This document shows positions 26,627 through 37,782 of a stretch of 64,000 nt of DNA, piece after piece (position 1 is the first letter of the stretch; each line of letters begins with the position of its first letter). Below the pieces are notes generated by a model that was not told the origin of the DNA, searched no databases, and worked only from the letters and a program-made list of their open reading frames with translations. This DNA is from Eledone cirrhosa. Its lineage: Eukaryota. Position numbers and translations under genes: made by a program. The stretch covers positions 26,908,001 to 26,972,000 of the forward strand of contig OZ024743.1 of NCBI GenBank assembly GCA_964016885.1. The letters are read 5' to 3'.

Positions 26627-27395
26627 GAGACATGAGCCTTGTGTGCAGAGGATCTACGCAGACTGGAGAGGAATGAAGCTTGCATGCTCCGCTGGATGTG
26701 TAATAGTAATATACGCGAACGGCAAAGCATAAATGAACTAAGTGAGAAATTAAGAATAAGAGGGATCAGATGCTGTTTACTCGAGAGAAGACTACGTTGG
26801 TATGGTCACATGATGCGCATGAAAGACGACAGCTGTATAAAAAAGTGCAGGGCGATCAAAATAGACGGTAGCTACGGAGTAGGCAGACCCAGAAAAACCT
26901 GGGGCGACTTGATAAAATCTGACCTCACACACTTACACCTCTCCAAGACAATGTCACTGGACTGAGATCTTTGGCGCTACGTAGTAATACAGAAGGCCTG
27001 CCTTGCCTCAGTACAAAGCGAAACCTACAGTCAGTAGGCACCTCTTAACCAAAATACACCCCCTTCCCACTACCCCTACCCCCACCACCATCTACACCAC
27101 CCCTTTCGATGTAAAGCTATGTTGGTACCACAACATCCAGTCCTAAATAAATGAGGACGTGTAGGTGTCACGACAAAAAAACACACAGTCCACGCTCTAA
27201 TGTAGTCATGTAGGTAACACGGTAAAAACCTCCCAGTCCACACTGTAAACGTGGTTGGTGTTAGGAAGGGCATCCAGCCGTAGAAAACCCGCCAGACATT
27301 CCTGAGCAAGACAACCAAGCTTGCCTCAAGTGGGACAATTCCTGTCCAGACCCATGCTAGCATGGAAGATGGACGTTAAACGATGATGATGATGA

Positions 27396-27398
<3 letters not shown>
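26627..27398 (+). mobile_element. RTE 3' fragment (right arm of a tail-out pair)
   Basis: ORF 26639-26965 (EDLRRLERNEACMLRWMC...GRPRKTW), 3'UTR and (GAT)n tail. Confidence 0.9.
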
Positions 27399-27464
<66 letters not shown>

Positions 27465-27468
<4 letters not shown>

Positions 27469-27710
27469 CACATGGCTTAGTGGTTAGAGCATTGGCCTTG
27501 CAATCGAAAGGTTCTGAGTTCAATTCTTGGACCGGGTGATGTGTTGTTTCCTTGAGCAAGACACTTTATTTCACGTTGCTCCAGTTTACTCAGCTGTAGA
27601 AATGAGATGATAGGACTCAGGTCCTTATCATTCCACTGCAAAGTGGTCGTGGAGGTGCCACGGCAAAAAACCACCCAGCCCACACTGTAAAGTGGATGTG
27701 TAGGCGCCAC
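27465..27710 (+). mobile_element. SINE family B, 3'-truncated
   Basis: Same head and body as 59666-59970. Confidence 0.8.
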
Positions 27711-28975
27711 ATAGTAAGGTAGCTGAAATGATTAAGGCCAAAAGACAGGCTTGGAAGGATTAGCAAAATGGGAGTAGTAGAGAAGTCTACCAGAGTGCTA
27801 GGAGAGAAGCTAGGCAACTATTATACCTTGCAAGAAGGGAAGCGGAAAACAAAAAAGTAAGCATGTTTTTCAGTGTGAGCATCAAAGGGTTTGCAACACA
27901 GTGTGTCAGGGAAAATTGTGATGTCAGTGGGGAGAGGTGTGTCTGAAATGATTATGGCAAACTTGCCCTCACTGATGCTAAAAAGAAGGTAGCATGGAAG
28001 TGCTGCTATGAAAGATTACTGAAGGAGGAGGATGCATGGGAAGAAAATAGTTTGTCCCATGTCGACCCAACAGAGGGATCAGCTGTACAGCATTAGTATA
28101 GTAAGTAAGGAAATCAAGGATATGAAGACAGGCAGGTCTGCTGGACCTTCAGTGATAGTTGCCGTGATGCTGAAAGCATCAGGAATGGTGGGCCAAACAT
28201 AGTTTACTACATTGTAAACTAAGTAATACAAAATGATATCATACTTAATGACTGGCATAGCAGCATCATTGTCAACTGCTACGAGGGCAGAGTTGATGGT
28301 CTAGACAGAGAAAACTATAGAGGCATTAAGTTGGTTGACCAGGTTATGAAGGTCACAGAAAGAGTGATAACACAGCTGATTAGGGAACGAGTTTAGCTAC
28401 AGGAGATGCAGTTTGGGTTTGTACCAGGTAAAAGTACCACAGATGCCCTCTTCCTTTTAAAGCAACTGCAGGAAGAGTACCTAGCTAAAGGTAACTCCTC
28501 TACTTAGCTTTTGACCTGGAGAAAGCTTTTGACAGAGTCTCCTATTCCATTATCTGGTGGGCTCTTAGAAAACTAGGAGTAGACGAGTGGCTTGTGAGAG
28601 CAGTACAAACCATGTATAAAGGAACAGTCAGCAAGGTCAGAATTAACAATGACTATAGTGAAGAATTTAGCATGCAGGTTGGTCTCCATCAGGTCTCAGT
28701 TCTTATCCCTCTCCTGTTTATTATTGTCCTGCAGGCAATAATGGAGGAGTTTAATATTGGCTGCCCATGGGAACTCCTGTATGCAGATGACCTGATCCTT
28801 ATAATTGAATCTATGGCTGAATTACTGATGAAATTCCAAACCTAGAAGTATGGATTAGAATTAAAAGGTTTTAAAGTCAACTTGGCAAAGACTAGTTCTA
28901 GCAAGTGGAAAGGAAAACAGGGCCCATATCTCCTCAGAAATAGCCCTGCTTAGTGTGCAGAAAATAAGTAGGTAG
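27711..28975 (+). pseudogene. Degenerate RTE RT fragment
   Basis: Homologous to the 38076 ORF (QFGFVPGKSTTDA, PWELLYADDL) with multiple stops and frameshifts. Confidence 0.85.
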
Positions 28976-29439
28976 CACCCACTTTGAGAACCTCTGTTCT
29001 AGAATAATAGCATTTTGGCAGTAAATTTAAAAACTATAAGAATCCTAGCAGTAGTCACATTACTTAGTATATGAATTTTTGGCAGATTATAATACCTGAA
29101 CATTTAAACATGGATTATTATTGTTAATTAGCAATTTCTCTTTGTTTGTTTGTAGTTGTTCAGTAATTCATCTGTAAATTGATAAAATGGAAAAATTCTG
29201 AAGATGGAAAAATGTCTTCCAGCACATCTCTCAATATGCCAACTCAGTGGAATCCTTCTTGTAGTTATTTCTTGGATTTGTTGTTGTTGGATGTTCAGCT
29301 GTTTCCATAAATCATTCCCAGTTATTGTAATGTATTTTCTCTCACATCTGCAGAATGTTAAAACATTATTATTCTATGTACTATACATGCACCTATGATA
29401 AGTTGTAGTGCACTTGAGTATGCTACACAATAATTTTCA

Positions 29440-29663
29440 TTATTATTATTATTATTATAATTTCCATTATTATTTTTATTGCGCATTATTACTGCTTTAC
29501 CAAGCACAGCTCGGTATGCTTTGGGTATGAGCAGTGTAGTTTTTGCTGAAGTTGTTTCTATTGTATTGTTAGTACTTTTTGAAATATGTATGCAGTGCCT
29601 AGTAGTGCTATCTTTTGTATGCTGTATATATTTGTAAGTCCTGGGGTTTTGGTTATGTATTTA
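29440..29663 (-). mobile_element. Dong/R4-clade non-LTR 3' fragment ending in (TAA)n
   Basis: Translates to NKYITKTPGLTNIYSIQKIALLGTAYIFQK, matching the QK.ALLGTA.I terminus of REL-endonuclease elements, followed by a short UTR and TAA repeats. Confidence 0.65.
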
Positions 29664-29664
29664 T

Positions 29665-29848
29665 TGCCAGTATTGGTAGAGCATCAGACATCATGCTTTG
29701 CAGCATAGAGTTATGGCCCTTTGCGTTCTGAGTTCAAATCCTACTGAGGTTGACTTTGCCTTTCATCCTTACGGGGTCAATAAAATAAAGTACCAGTAAT
29801 GCACTGGGATAATTGCTGGCCTTGTGTCAAAAGTAAAAACAATTATTA
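29665..29848 (+). mobile_element. SINE family A copy
   Basis: Matches the family A unit. Confidence 0.8.
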
Positions 29849-30438
29849 TAGACAAGATTACTAGATGAATATGTGAAACAGTTTTTAAGTTTAAATGTTT
29901 GTCCCTCTGAATTCTGTGCCTTTCAGCCTGTATTCATAAATTCTACAACTAGGTTTTCTACATTTGGTCACTCTCCCTCTCCTTAGAATATGACAAACCA
30001 TCCAATGTATGGCCAGTATGGAAAATAGAGATAAAAAGATGGTGATAGTGATGGTGATAATGATGATTATGATGGTGATGATGATGATGATGATGATATC
30101 ATCATTGTTTTTACATCCACATTTTCATGCTAACATGGGTGAGATGAAACTTTTTTAAGGCATATTTTCTACTGCCAGGTGTTTCTCCTACAGACAACAT
30201 ACAAAGGTAAGGTTTTCATTCCCAAGTCATAGCTTAATTGAAGTCACTGTCCTCTCAGGCAGGCTGGTGGCTGCATCTTGCTTACATACATTCAAGATTG
30301 GGCTTAGTTTCTATAGCTGGATGCTCTTTCCATCATCTTGGATGCTCTTCCTATAACCACACACACACACACATATAAACACACACGAACACACACACAC
30401 ACGAACACACACACACGAACACACACGCACACACACAA

Positions 30439-30470
<32 letters not shown>

Positions 30471-31510
30471 GCAATGGAATCACACACAGTTTCTACCTGC
30501 TAAATTTAACTCACAAGGTAAATTATAGGTAACATAAAGCCTGCAGCCATGCAGCTGCGAAATGAAAATCTTAACCACACAGCTAAATGCAATGCCAAGA
30601 AAATTAATTACAATGAGGTGTGTCTTGACTAAAAATTTCAATAACAAATAATAAATAAATGAGAAATCCCTTATATCCATCAATTTGTTTCATATTCATG
30701 TTACATAGGAGCATAAGGGCATTATTGTGATATGACTTTAGCTTCAAACAAAATTGAATTTAGCATCATGTAGGTGTAAAATATCAAGATCTCTTAATTG
30801 ACATATTTCAGATCCTTTGATTAACAGAAGAAATGCTTTCTTTCTTTATATACAAGGTACTGAGAAATGCTAATAGTGATTTTTTGCATGAATAACTATT
30901 TTAATAACAAATTCGCTAATGGATATATAATTACTAATGGATGTACAATTGTTGAATAAAATTACTGCTTTTTGGAGTAAAGGTTTGTTAATGCGTGGGT
31001 ATGTACCAATCAATAATATCAAACTGAATGAATTTGTACAAGTGTTCATTGATAATGATACTGAAGCATTTTATATTGCAAATACTGCTTTTTCATAAGG
31101 GTAGAATAAAAAAAAAAGTTTTTAATATTAAGGTTAATTCTATCTAAGATTGATTTTATCTAAGACATATTTAGTGGGGTTGATAAAAAGATTGGTTTCA
31201 TTCCTCTTCTTACTCTCATCTATCTTTCTATTTCTTCTTTTGTCTTTCATTCTACTATATTAAGCATTAAACTAATAAGATAGAAAAGCAGTTTCAGAAG
31301 AGAAAATGTAAAACATTTTCAGAAAACCTTTAAACTTGAAATTTATAAATTAAAAGAATGAAAAATTAAAATCTCAAATAGTATCCTAGATATGGTATTT
31401 TATAATCAGGGAAATACTTTATGCTCACCCTGTATATCTTCCTGATACTGTATCATTCCCATATGTTTTTTAAAAATTTATTTTTCGTATATATATATAT
31501 ATATATATAT

Positions 31511-31754
31511 AAACATGAAGTACAAGTCAACAGGTTATAATTCACATTGGTGGCCTAGTGGTAGGTATTAGGGACATTGGAGATCCTGGTCTGGGGTTCA
31601 ATCTCTAACAGCGATTATGAATAAATGAAGTGAATTATAACCTGTTGACTTGTACTTCATGTTTATATATATACCCCGGAGTAAACAGACCCTGTACTTC
31701 ATCGAGTGTTCTACCTTGCATACTAAAGTGTTGGTAATAAACTAACACATACTC

Positions 31755-31760
<6 letters not shown>
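31511..31760 (+). mobile_element. SINE family C embedded in (TA)n, with a 35-bp inverted duplication at its 5' end
   Basis: A-box TGGCCTAGTGG and B-box GGTTCAATC; perfect IR 31511-31545 / 31630-31664; diverged headless copy at ~48228-48388 (-). Confidence 0.7.
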
Positions 31761-31790
<30 letters not shown>

Positions 31791-31795
<5 letters not shown>

Positions 31796-31866
31796 AATAA
31801 GGAACACCAAAGAGTCAATATATTATTTTGATAGCATATTGACTCTTTGGTGTTCCTTATTCTTTA
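31791..31866. repeat. Perfect 31-bp-arm hairpin with 14-nt loop
   Basis: TAAAGAATAAGGAACACCAAAGAGTCAATAT (31791-31821) and its exact reverse complement (31836-31866). Confidence 0.9.
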
Positions 31867-31978
31867 TATATCAGCTTTGCATGAACCCTATTGCATTGAG
31901 CTTTAAACCCTCTGGTTAAGTCTATACCTAATAATAGAAACTGTTATTATTATTAAAGTTATATATATATATATATAT

Positions 31979-32225
31979 AGGAAAAGAGTCAGGACCCCGA
32001 CGGCTGAGCTCTGGCTGTTTCGACAGCTAGATCAGAACTGGTAGTAGTGCCGGGATTTAAGTGCGGTATGGGTCGAAGAGTGCTCCACTACGGAAATAGG
32101 AGCTAAAGAACAAAGAGGGTGTGGTAAGATACCAGGTGGACAATAACGCATCAGAGTACTCAATACTTAGGGTAATAGAGTGGGTAATAGCTCTGAGCTC
32201 TGGCCGTTTCGACGAGAGAGAATAG
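31979..32225. repeat. Unclassified (TA)n-adjacent repeat family D
   Basis: CTGAGCTCTGGC(T/C)GTTTCGAC is directly repeated at ~32004 and ~32193; related sequence at 34440-34583. Confidence 0.55.
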
Positions 32226-33005
32226 TATTTTGTTTGAAAGCTACCATAATGTGAATTCGATAGTAAATGTTAAAAATATGATGATAAAGCTGCTAGATAT
32301 TACCTTGCAGTTCTTATATTTCAAGATAAAGTCCCTTAATTAAAAGATTAATAAAAAAAAAAACTAGTTCAGAGCTGTATATTTTTTGTCATTAAGAGCA
32401 AGAAAAAATATACATTTCTTGTCCCCTTATTCTAATATCTCTAAAATTATAAAAACAGAACTATATGAGCGCGACATGGTCACCCGACCAACCTTGCCTC
32501 AAGTGGGACAACTCCCGTCTAACCCATGCTAGCGTGGAAGATGGACGTTAAACGAAGATGATGATGATGATGATGATGATGAGAACAACCAGAGACTTGC
32601 TTTTCTATGCTATACACCAGTAGACTCTTGTTCTTGAGAACTCTGAATAAAGTAATTTTTCTTCGACTGTTTTATTGACATAAAAACCTTCTAGCTAAGC
32701 TGTTCACCTACTGGCTTCATCCATTGGATGAGAGATCATTTCCTGTCATATTACTCCATTAGCAAATACACTGTACTTTAGGCAGTTTTCTGCTAGTGCA
32801 ACTAACTCTCTCTCTCTCTCTCTCTCTCTTTCTGTATGTGTGTGTATGTTTTGTAATGTATCTATCAATACATACAAAGATATGAATAGGGAAAACTACA
32901 TTTTTTGACATGCAAATGATATGAACTCATACCATCATATTTTATCTTGCAGTTAATTTAATTTAATACATTAATAGTTATTCTCTACAAAACGGTGCAT
33001 GTCCA

Positions 33006-33149
33006 CCCTTTAGCATTTACATTACTCTATATTTACTATTATATTTTCACGGTAAACACTTTATTTCACATAATATTGTATCTATAAGATTTTGTTATTA
33101 TTTATTTAGAGACATCTGGTCAGATATGGCTGGTTTAAATGCTAAAGGG
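33006..33149. mobile_element. piggyBac-like MITE copy
   Basis: CCCTTTAGCATTTA ... TAAATGCTAAAGGG|TTAA. Confidence 0.65.
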
Positions 33150-34254
33150 TTAATTAAGCGAAGTTGAGACATAAACTAGCAATAAGCCAAGGAATTATTT
33201 AAGCAGTGAGGCATAGCACGTTAGATGAGATTCAAATCCATAGTGATGTTCAAATAAAGCAGTGTTTTATGAACACATGGAAAGTCCATAGTCTTTATTC
33301 TAGTAGCACAGTGTAGGTAATTGATTATAGTTAAGAGGCAACGTTTATTTTGTGAAGGGAGAATCATACAAACTGGAAATGACATTTGATTTCGCAGTTT
33401 ATTTACTTTAATGCCTAAATAAAATACTTATATTTGCTGAAGCCAGAAAGCTGTGAACACATGCACAGTAATATTATTATCACTGTATCTCTCATGCTTC
33501 TGGTGGTCGATGCCCTCTCCTTTATTCACCATCACATTAAACCACACCAGTCCATTGCATTTGTCATACACCCAAGACATATCACTCTTCTTATCCCCCA
33601 CTCCTCAGTAGAGTAAGGAGGGCTCTTTGGTTGAGTCAATGACCAAATCCTGCTAAGTGTTGATGCCAGGAGAAATGTACCCAGTTCTCTGTGTAATGTG
33701 AGTGGTGTTAGAAATTATGCTACAAGGATTGAGAAGACTCTCCAGTTGTGTGAAGGTCACAAAAATCTCTTTAGATTTATATGATAAACAAAGCCAGTAC
33801 ACACTGTAAAGTGGTTGGTAATACAAAGCTAATCCAGCCAAAGAAAACTTCCCAAATAAAGGGTCAGGAGGACTCATCAGTTAAATTACCACATGGTTGT
33901 GATTTACATGATAAACATTCTCTTTATACTCTGTAAAGTGGTTGGTGATAGGAAAGGCATTCAACAATAGAAAACCTTCAAAAAAAGGATTGGGTGGGAG
34001 GACGCTTTAGCCGTGTCAAAGACATGACAACCTCCCTAGTACTGTGTCATGATAAAATGCACTTGGTAGTGTGCCGGATTATTGTAAGTTGTGGTCTGCC
34101 AGCCTGTCTGAGCACTTGGTAGGGTGCAGGAACATATGTAAGCAAGATGCAGGCTCTCAGATCACTGAGGGGCCCCTATATTTCCTTTGAGTACCAACCC
34201 AGCCTGTTGATGACCTGCCCAACCCTTGCTAGTAGGGGAACTGAACGTTAAATA

Positions 34255-34306
<52 letters not shown>
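34255..34306. repeat. (GAT)n tail of an old RTE-type module
   Basis: Follows AACCCTTGCTAGTAGGGGAACTGAACGTTAAA. Confidence 0.85.
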
Positions 34307-34307
<1 letters not shown>

Positions 34308-34583
34308 ATATGTACTGTGCCATTGGTTTCGTTATTTTTGTTATTTCTGTTTACCTTATACTTACATATATATGTATGTATATATGTGTATATAGATCAA
34401 GATATGCCAGTTTTAAATGAGTAAGATCATTATTCAGCAGAGTGCTCAATACTTGAGATAGTAGAGTATAAATATATTAGAGTTGGGCCTGATGGCTGAG
34501 CTCTTGTCATTTCAACAGCACATTCTAGTCTGGAATTTGTTGTCGAAACAGCAAGAGCTCAGCCGTTGGTCCCCGAATCCCTA

Positions 34584-34617
<34 letters not shown>

Positions 34618-35075
34618 ATATATAAATGTTTATACGTGTGCACATGTGTGTGTCTATGTGTGTGAAACAATGATGATGATGATGTAAATGGGAAGTAGCT
34701 CTTTTTTCAAAAACATGACTAAGTGGATTTTAAAACTTCTCCATGAAGACATTTTGTGTTTACAGATTTTTATCTTTATTGCACAACAATTCTTTAAAAT
34801 GTTCCCATGTTCAGTATTTCTAATTCATTGTCAAGATTTAGTTTTAACATTCATAAATGTGCACTGCTGTAAAGCTGCATCTGTCATGTTCTTTTTGTTA
34901 TCTGTTTTCTGTGGACAGATTTTATTTATTTTTAATGTAATTGTCTTCTACAAAATAACTTTTTATAATTTTATTGTTTACAATATCTTAAAATTTTCAA
35001 ATGTCTTCAATATCTTACCTAGAATTTGTTTATATATTTTTGAAATATAATTTGTTGGCTCCTGTGGATATAGAA

Positions 35076-35264
35076 TAATTGTTTCTACTATTGGCACAAG
35101 GCCAGCAATTACCCAGTGCATTACTGGTACTTTATTTTATCGACCCCGTAAGGATGAAAGGCAAAGTTAACCTCGGTGGAATTTGAACTCAGAATGGCAA
35201 GGGCCGTAACTCTATGCATCAAAGCATGGTGTCCGACTCTCTACCGATACTGCCAATCCACCGC
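35076..35264 (-). mobile_element. SINE family A copy
   Basis: Reverse complement of the family A unit. Confidence 0.85.
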
Positions 35265-36047
35265 CCTTGTGGATATAGAATAATGGAAGCATTAAATATT
35301 GTTGAAGCCACAGCACAGCAGTTGTAGCTCTGTGGAATTTAGTAATATATAATGTGTAAGATGGTCATGATCAATGTCAAAAGCAGTGAATTAGCAAATT
35401 TATAAGTTCATTGGATTAAATGCTGCAGTATTTGTTCTAACTCATTGTTCTCTGATTTCAAATGTTGCTAAAGTAAACATTGCCTTTCATACATTCTTGA
35501 TAAATAAAGTAGCATTCTGAGTTCAAATCCCACCTCCTTCTGCCAAGAATTATGACCAGCAGATGGTATCAGCAATGGAAATAATATTTCCTTTGTCTGA
35601 TGTGACAATTGGCTCCTTTCCTTTCTTCTTTCCTGTTCAAAGTTCAGCAGGCGGTTCATCCAAGGGCTAAATAATTTATGACATTAGTCAAAACCAGTCA
35701 GCAAGAGACCCAGGAGCAGATCCTGAGCAAGATGGTTAGATAAGAATCATGAGCTTGGCTGATCCAGGAGGAGTGTTTGAGTACTCTTCCCTCACGATCC
35801 TCTCAGGAATATGTGGACAAAGAAGAAGAAGAAGAAGAAGAAGAAGAAGAAGAAGAAAAGAAAAAGACTTGAGGTTACATGTGAACAGCTCCTACAGAGG
35901 ATTTTATATGTAATTGTAATTTGACACACCTCCTTAGAATTTTTTTGTTTAACCATTCTTCTTTTCTTCCTATTGTCATTAGATCTCAGAAAGTGTCCTC
36001 AATATCTTTGCTTCACTGCTGGTAGAAGAGACCATGTTCAATATTTA

Positions 36048-36214
36048 CTGTATTTCCCGGCATTGAAGACACTAATTTTTTCCAAAAATAAGTCTCAAAC
36101 ATCTACCATGAGTCCTGGAGGCCGAAATTGTTTATTATTTTTTTTCAAATTTTTAGTTGTCAAAATTAGGGTGCGTCCTTGAGAACGAAGCGTCTTCAGC
36201 ACTGGGAAATATGG
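36048..36214. mobile_element. Tc1/mariner-pogo-type MITE
   Basis: TA|CTGTATTTCCCGGCATTGAAGAC ... GTCTTCAGCACTGGGAAATATGG|TA: ~23-bp imperfect TIRs and a TA TSD. Confidence 0.75.
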
Positions 36215-36571
36215 TAAATACATTCATATATGGTACTTAAGAAGGATTCTTGTTTGTTACCTTGTTGAAGTAAGCATGATAACTAAAAATGTAACTCCCT
36301 CCTCAATTATAAATGTTTTACCAACATAACAAGATTTGAAAAACTATTTGACAATCCAATATTTTGTCTACTATAACATTTCCTCTTAAATAGAAATATT
36401 CTCATGTTTTTGTTATAAAAAAAGAAAATGGTTGCTGGCTGAAGACTCGATAACAGTAAATCTAATTTAGTAACATTTATCTAATAGACATTTAGGTCAT
36501 CATTATTGTTGACATTGCATACTGGGGGTAAATAGAAGTAGAAAGTGTCAAAAATTTCTGTGAATTTGAGT

Positions 36572-36585
36572 GTTACTATGGTAAC
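36572..36585. promoter_or_regulatory. RFX X-box-like motif
   Basis: GTTACTATGGTAAC fits GTTNYY-AT-RRNAAC. Confidence 0.35.
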
Positions 36586-36824
36586 TGTAACGTGTGTTTT
36601 ACATTTGCTATAAGAGTTCAGAAGACAAATATTGCAAGTTGGCAGGAAGACCAATTTTCAACTTCTGAACATTCAATTCACAACTGAACTAAAATGTACT
36701 CGATTAAGTATAGAATGAAGTATGTGTATGTGTACATGTGTACTTGTATATACATGCACACACTCTCTCTCTCACACACACACACATACATACATATATA
36801 CATACATAATATATATATATATAT

Positions 36825-37152
36825 ATCATCATCATCATCATCATCATCACCGTTTTACGTCCGTTCTTCCACGCTAGCATGGGTTAGACGGGTTGTCCTG
36901 TTATGGGCAGTGTCCGGTCAGCTGACCTTCTCTTGGTCATACGGGAACTGATTCTGGCTTCATTTCTACAGCTGGATGCCCTTCCTAACACCAACCTCAT
37001 TTACAGTGAGTGCTGGGTGCTTTTTTGCCGTGGCACCTACACGTCCACTTTACAGTGTGGGCTGGGTGCTTTTTTGCCGTGGCACCTCCACGACCACTTT
37101 GCAGTGGGAGGGATGTAGGGGCATATTGTCTATATGCTTCAGCTTGTACCCA
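36825..37152 (-). mobile_element. RTE 3'UTR copy (same subfamily as 37783-40215)
   Basis: Runs from the last ORF codons (ATGGGTACA..CTGA) to the (GAT)n tail. Confidence 0.85.
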
Positions 37153-37782
37153 TTGTCAGTGTTGAACAAACGAGCAACGATGGTTGCTAGACACTACGGT
37201 TTAATACAGGATGTTTGTTTACAAACACACCGAGCATTATAATAAATGTTCGGTGAATCCATATGTACATATATATATGTGTGCATGTATGTATATATAT
37301 ATATATACATACTACTGTACGTCTGTATACATATATGTATGTACGTGTACATACTTATATTTAAGAAACAGCCGTACTAAGAGTGGGAAATGAAATTTCG
37401 TTTCATTTTTTCCGTTTATCGTTTTCGGTGCACCCGGCTGATTAACCCACTCAATATGCAAATTGGGCTACTCAGCTGTTAATATGCATAAGGTAAGTAT
37501 ATACGTTCAACAATCTGGCAGGAAGGTATACGTTGCTGATGATAGCTAATAAGCTTGAAACTAGTACAGCGTTCCTTTGTTAGTGTTGAACAAACGAGCA
37601 ACGATGGTTGCTGGACACTACAGCTTAATACGGGATGTTTGCTTACAAACACACCGAGCATTATAATAAATGTTCGGTGAATCCATACGTACATATATAT
37701 ATGTGTGCATGTATGTATATATATACACATACTACTGTACGTCTGTATACATATATGTATGTACGTGTACATACCTATATAT
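37153..37782 (+). mobile_element. Retrozyme/PLE-like non-coding element, 1.5 copies of a ~424-bp unit
   Basis: Direct repeats at 37153-37360 and 37577-37782; hammerhead motif immediately before the second repeat; no credible ORF. Confidence 0.65.
37531..37571 (+). ncRNA. Type I minimal hammerhead ribozyme motif
   Basis: CGUUG-CUGAUGA-U-AGCU(AAUA)AGCU-U-GAAAC-UA-GUA-CAGCG: canonical core, palindromic ACUAGU stem III, predicted cleavage after GUA (37566). Confidence 0.75.

Noticed and set aside
31548-31610. tRNA gene (also the SINE A and B heads)
   Set aside because: A and B boxes are present, but I cannot fold a full cloverleaf and the sequence continues into a repeat body.
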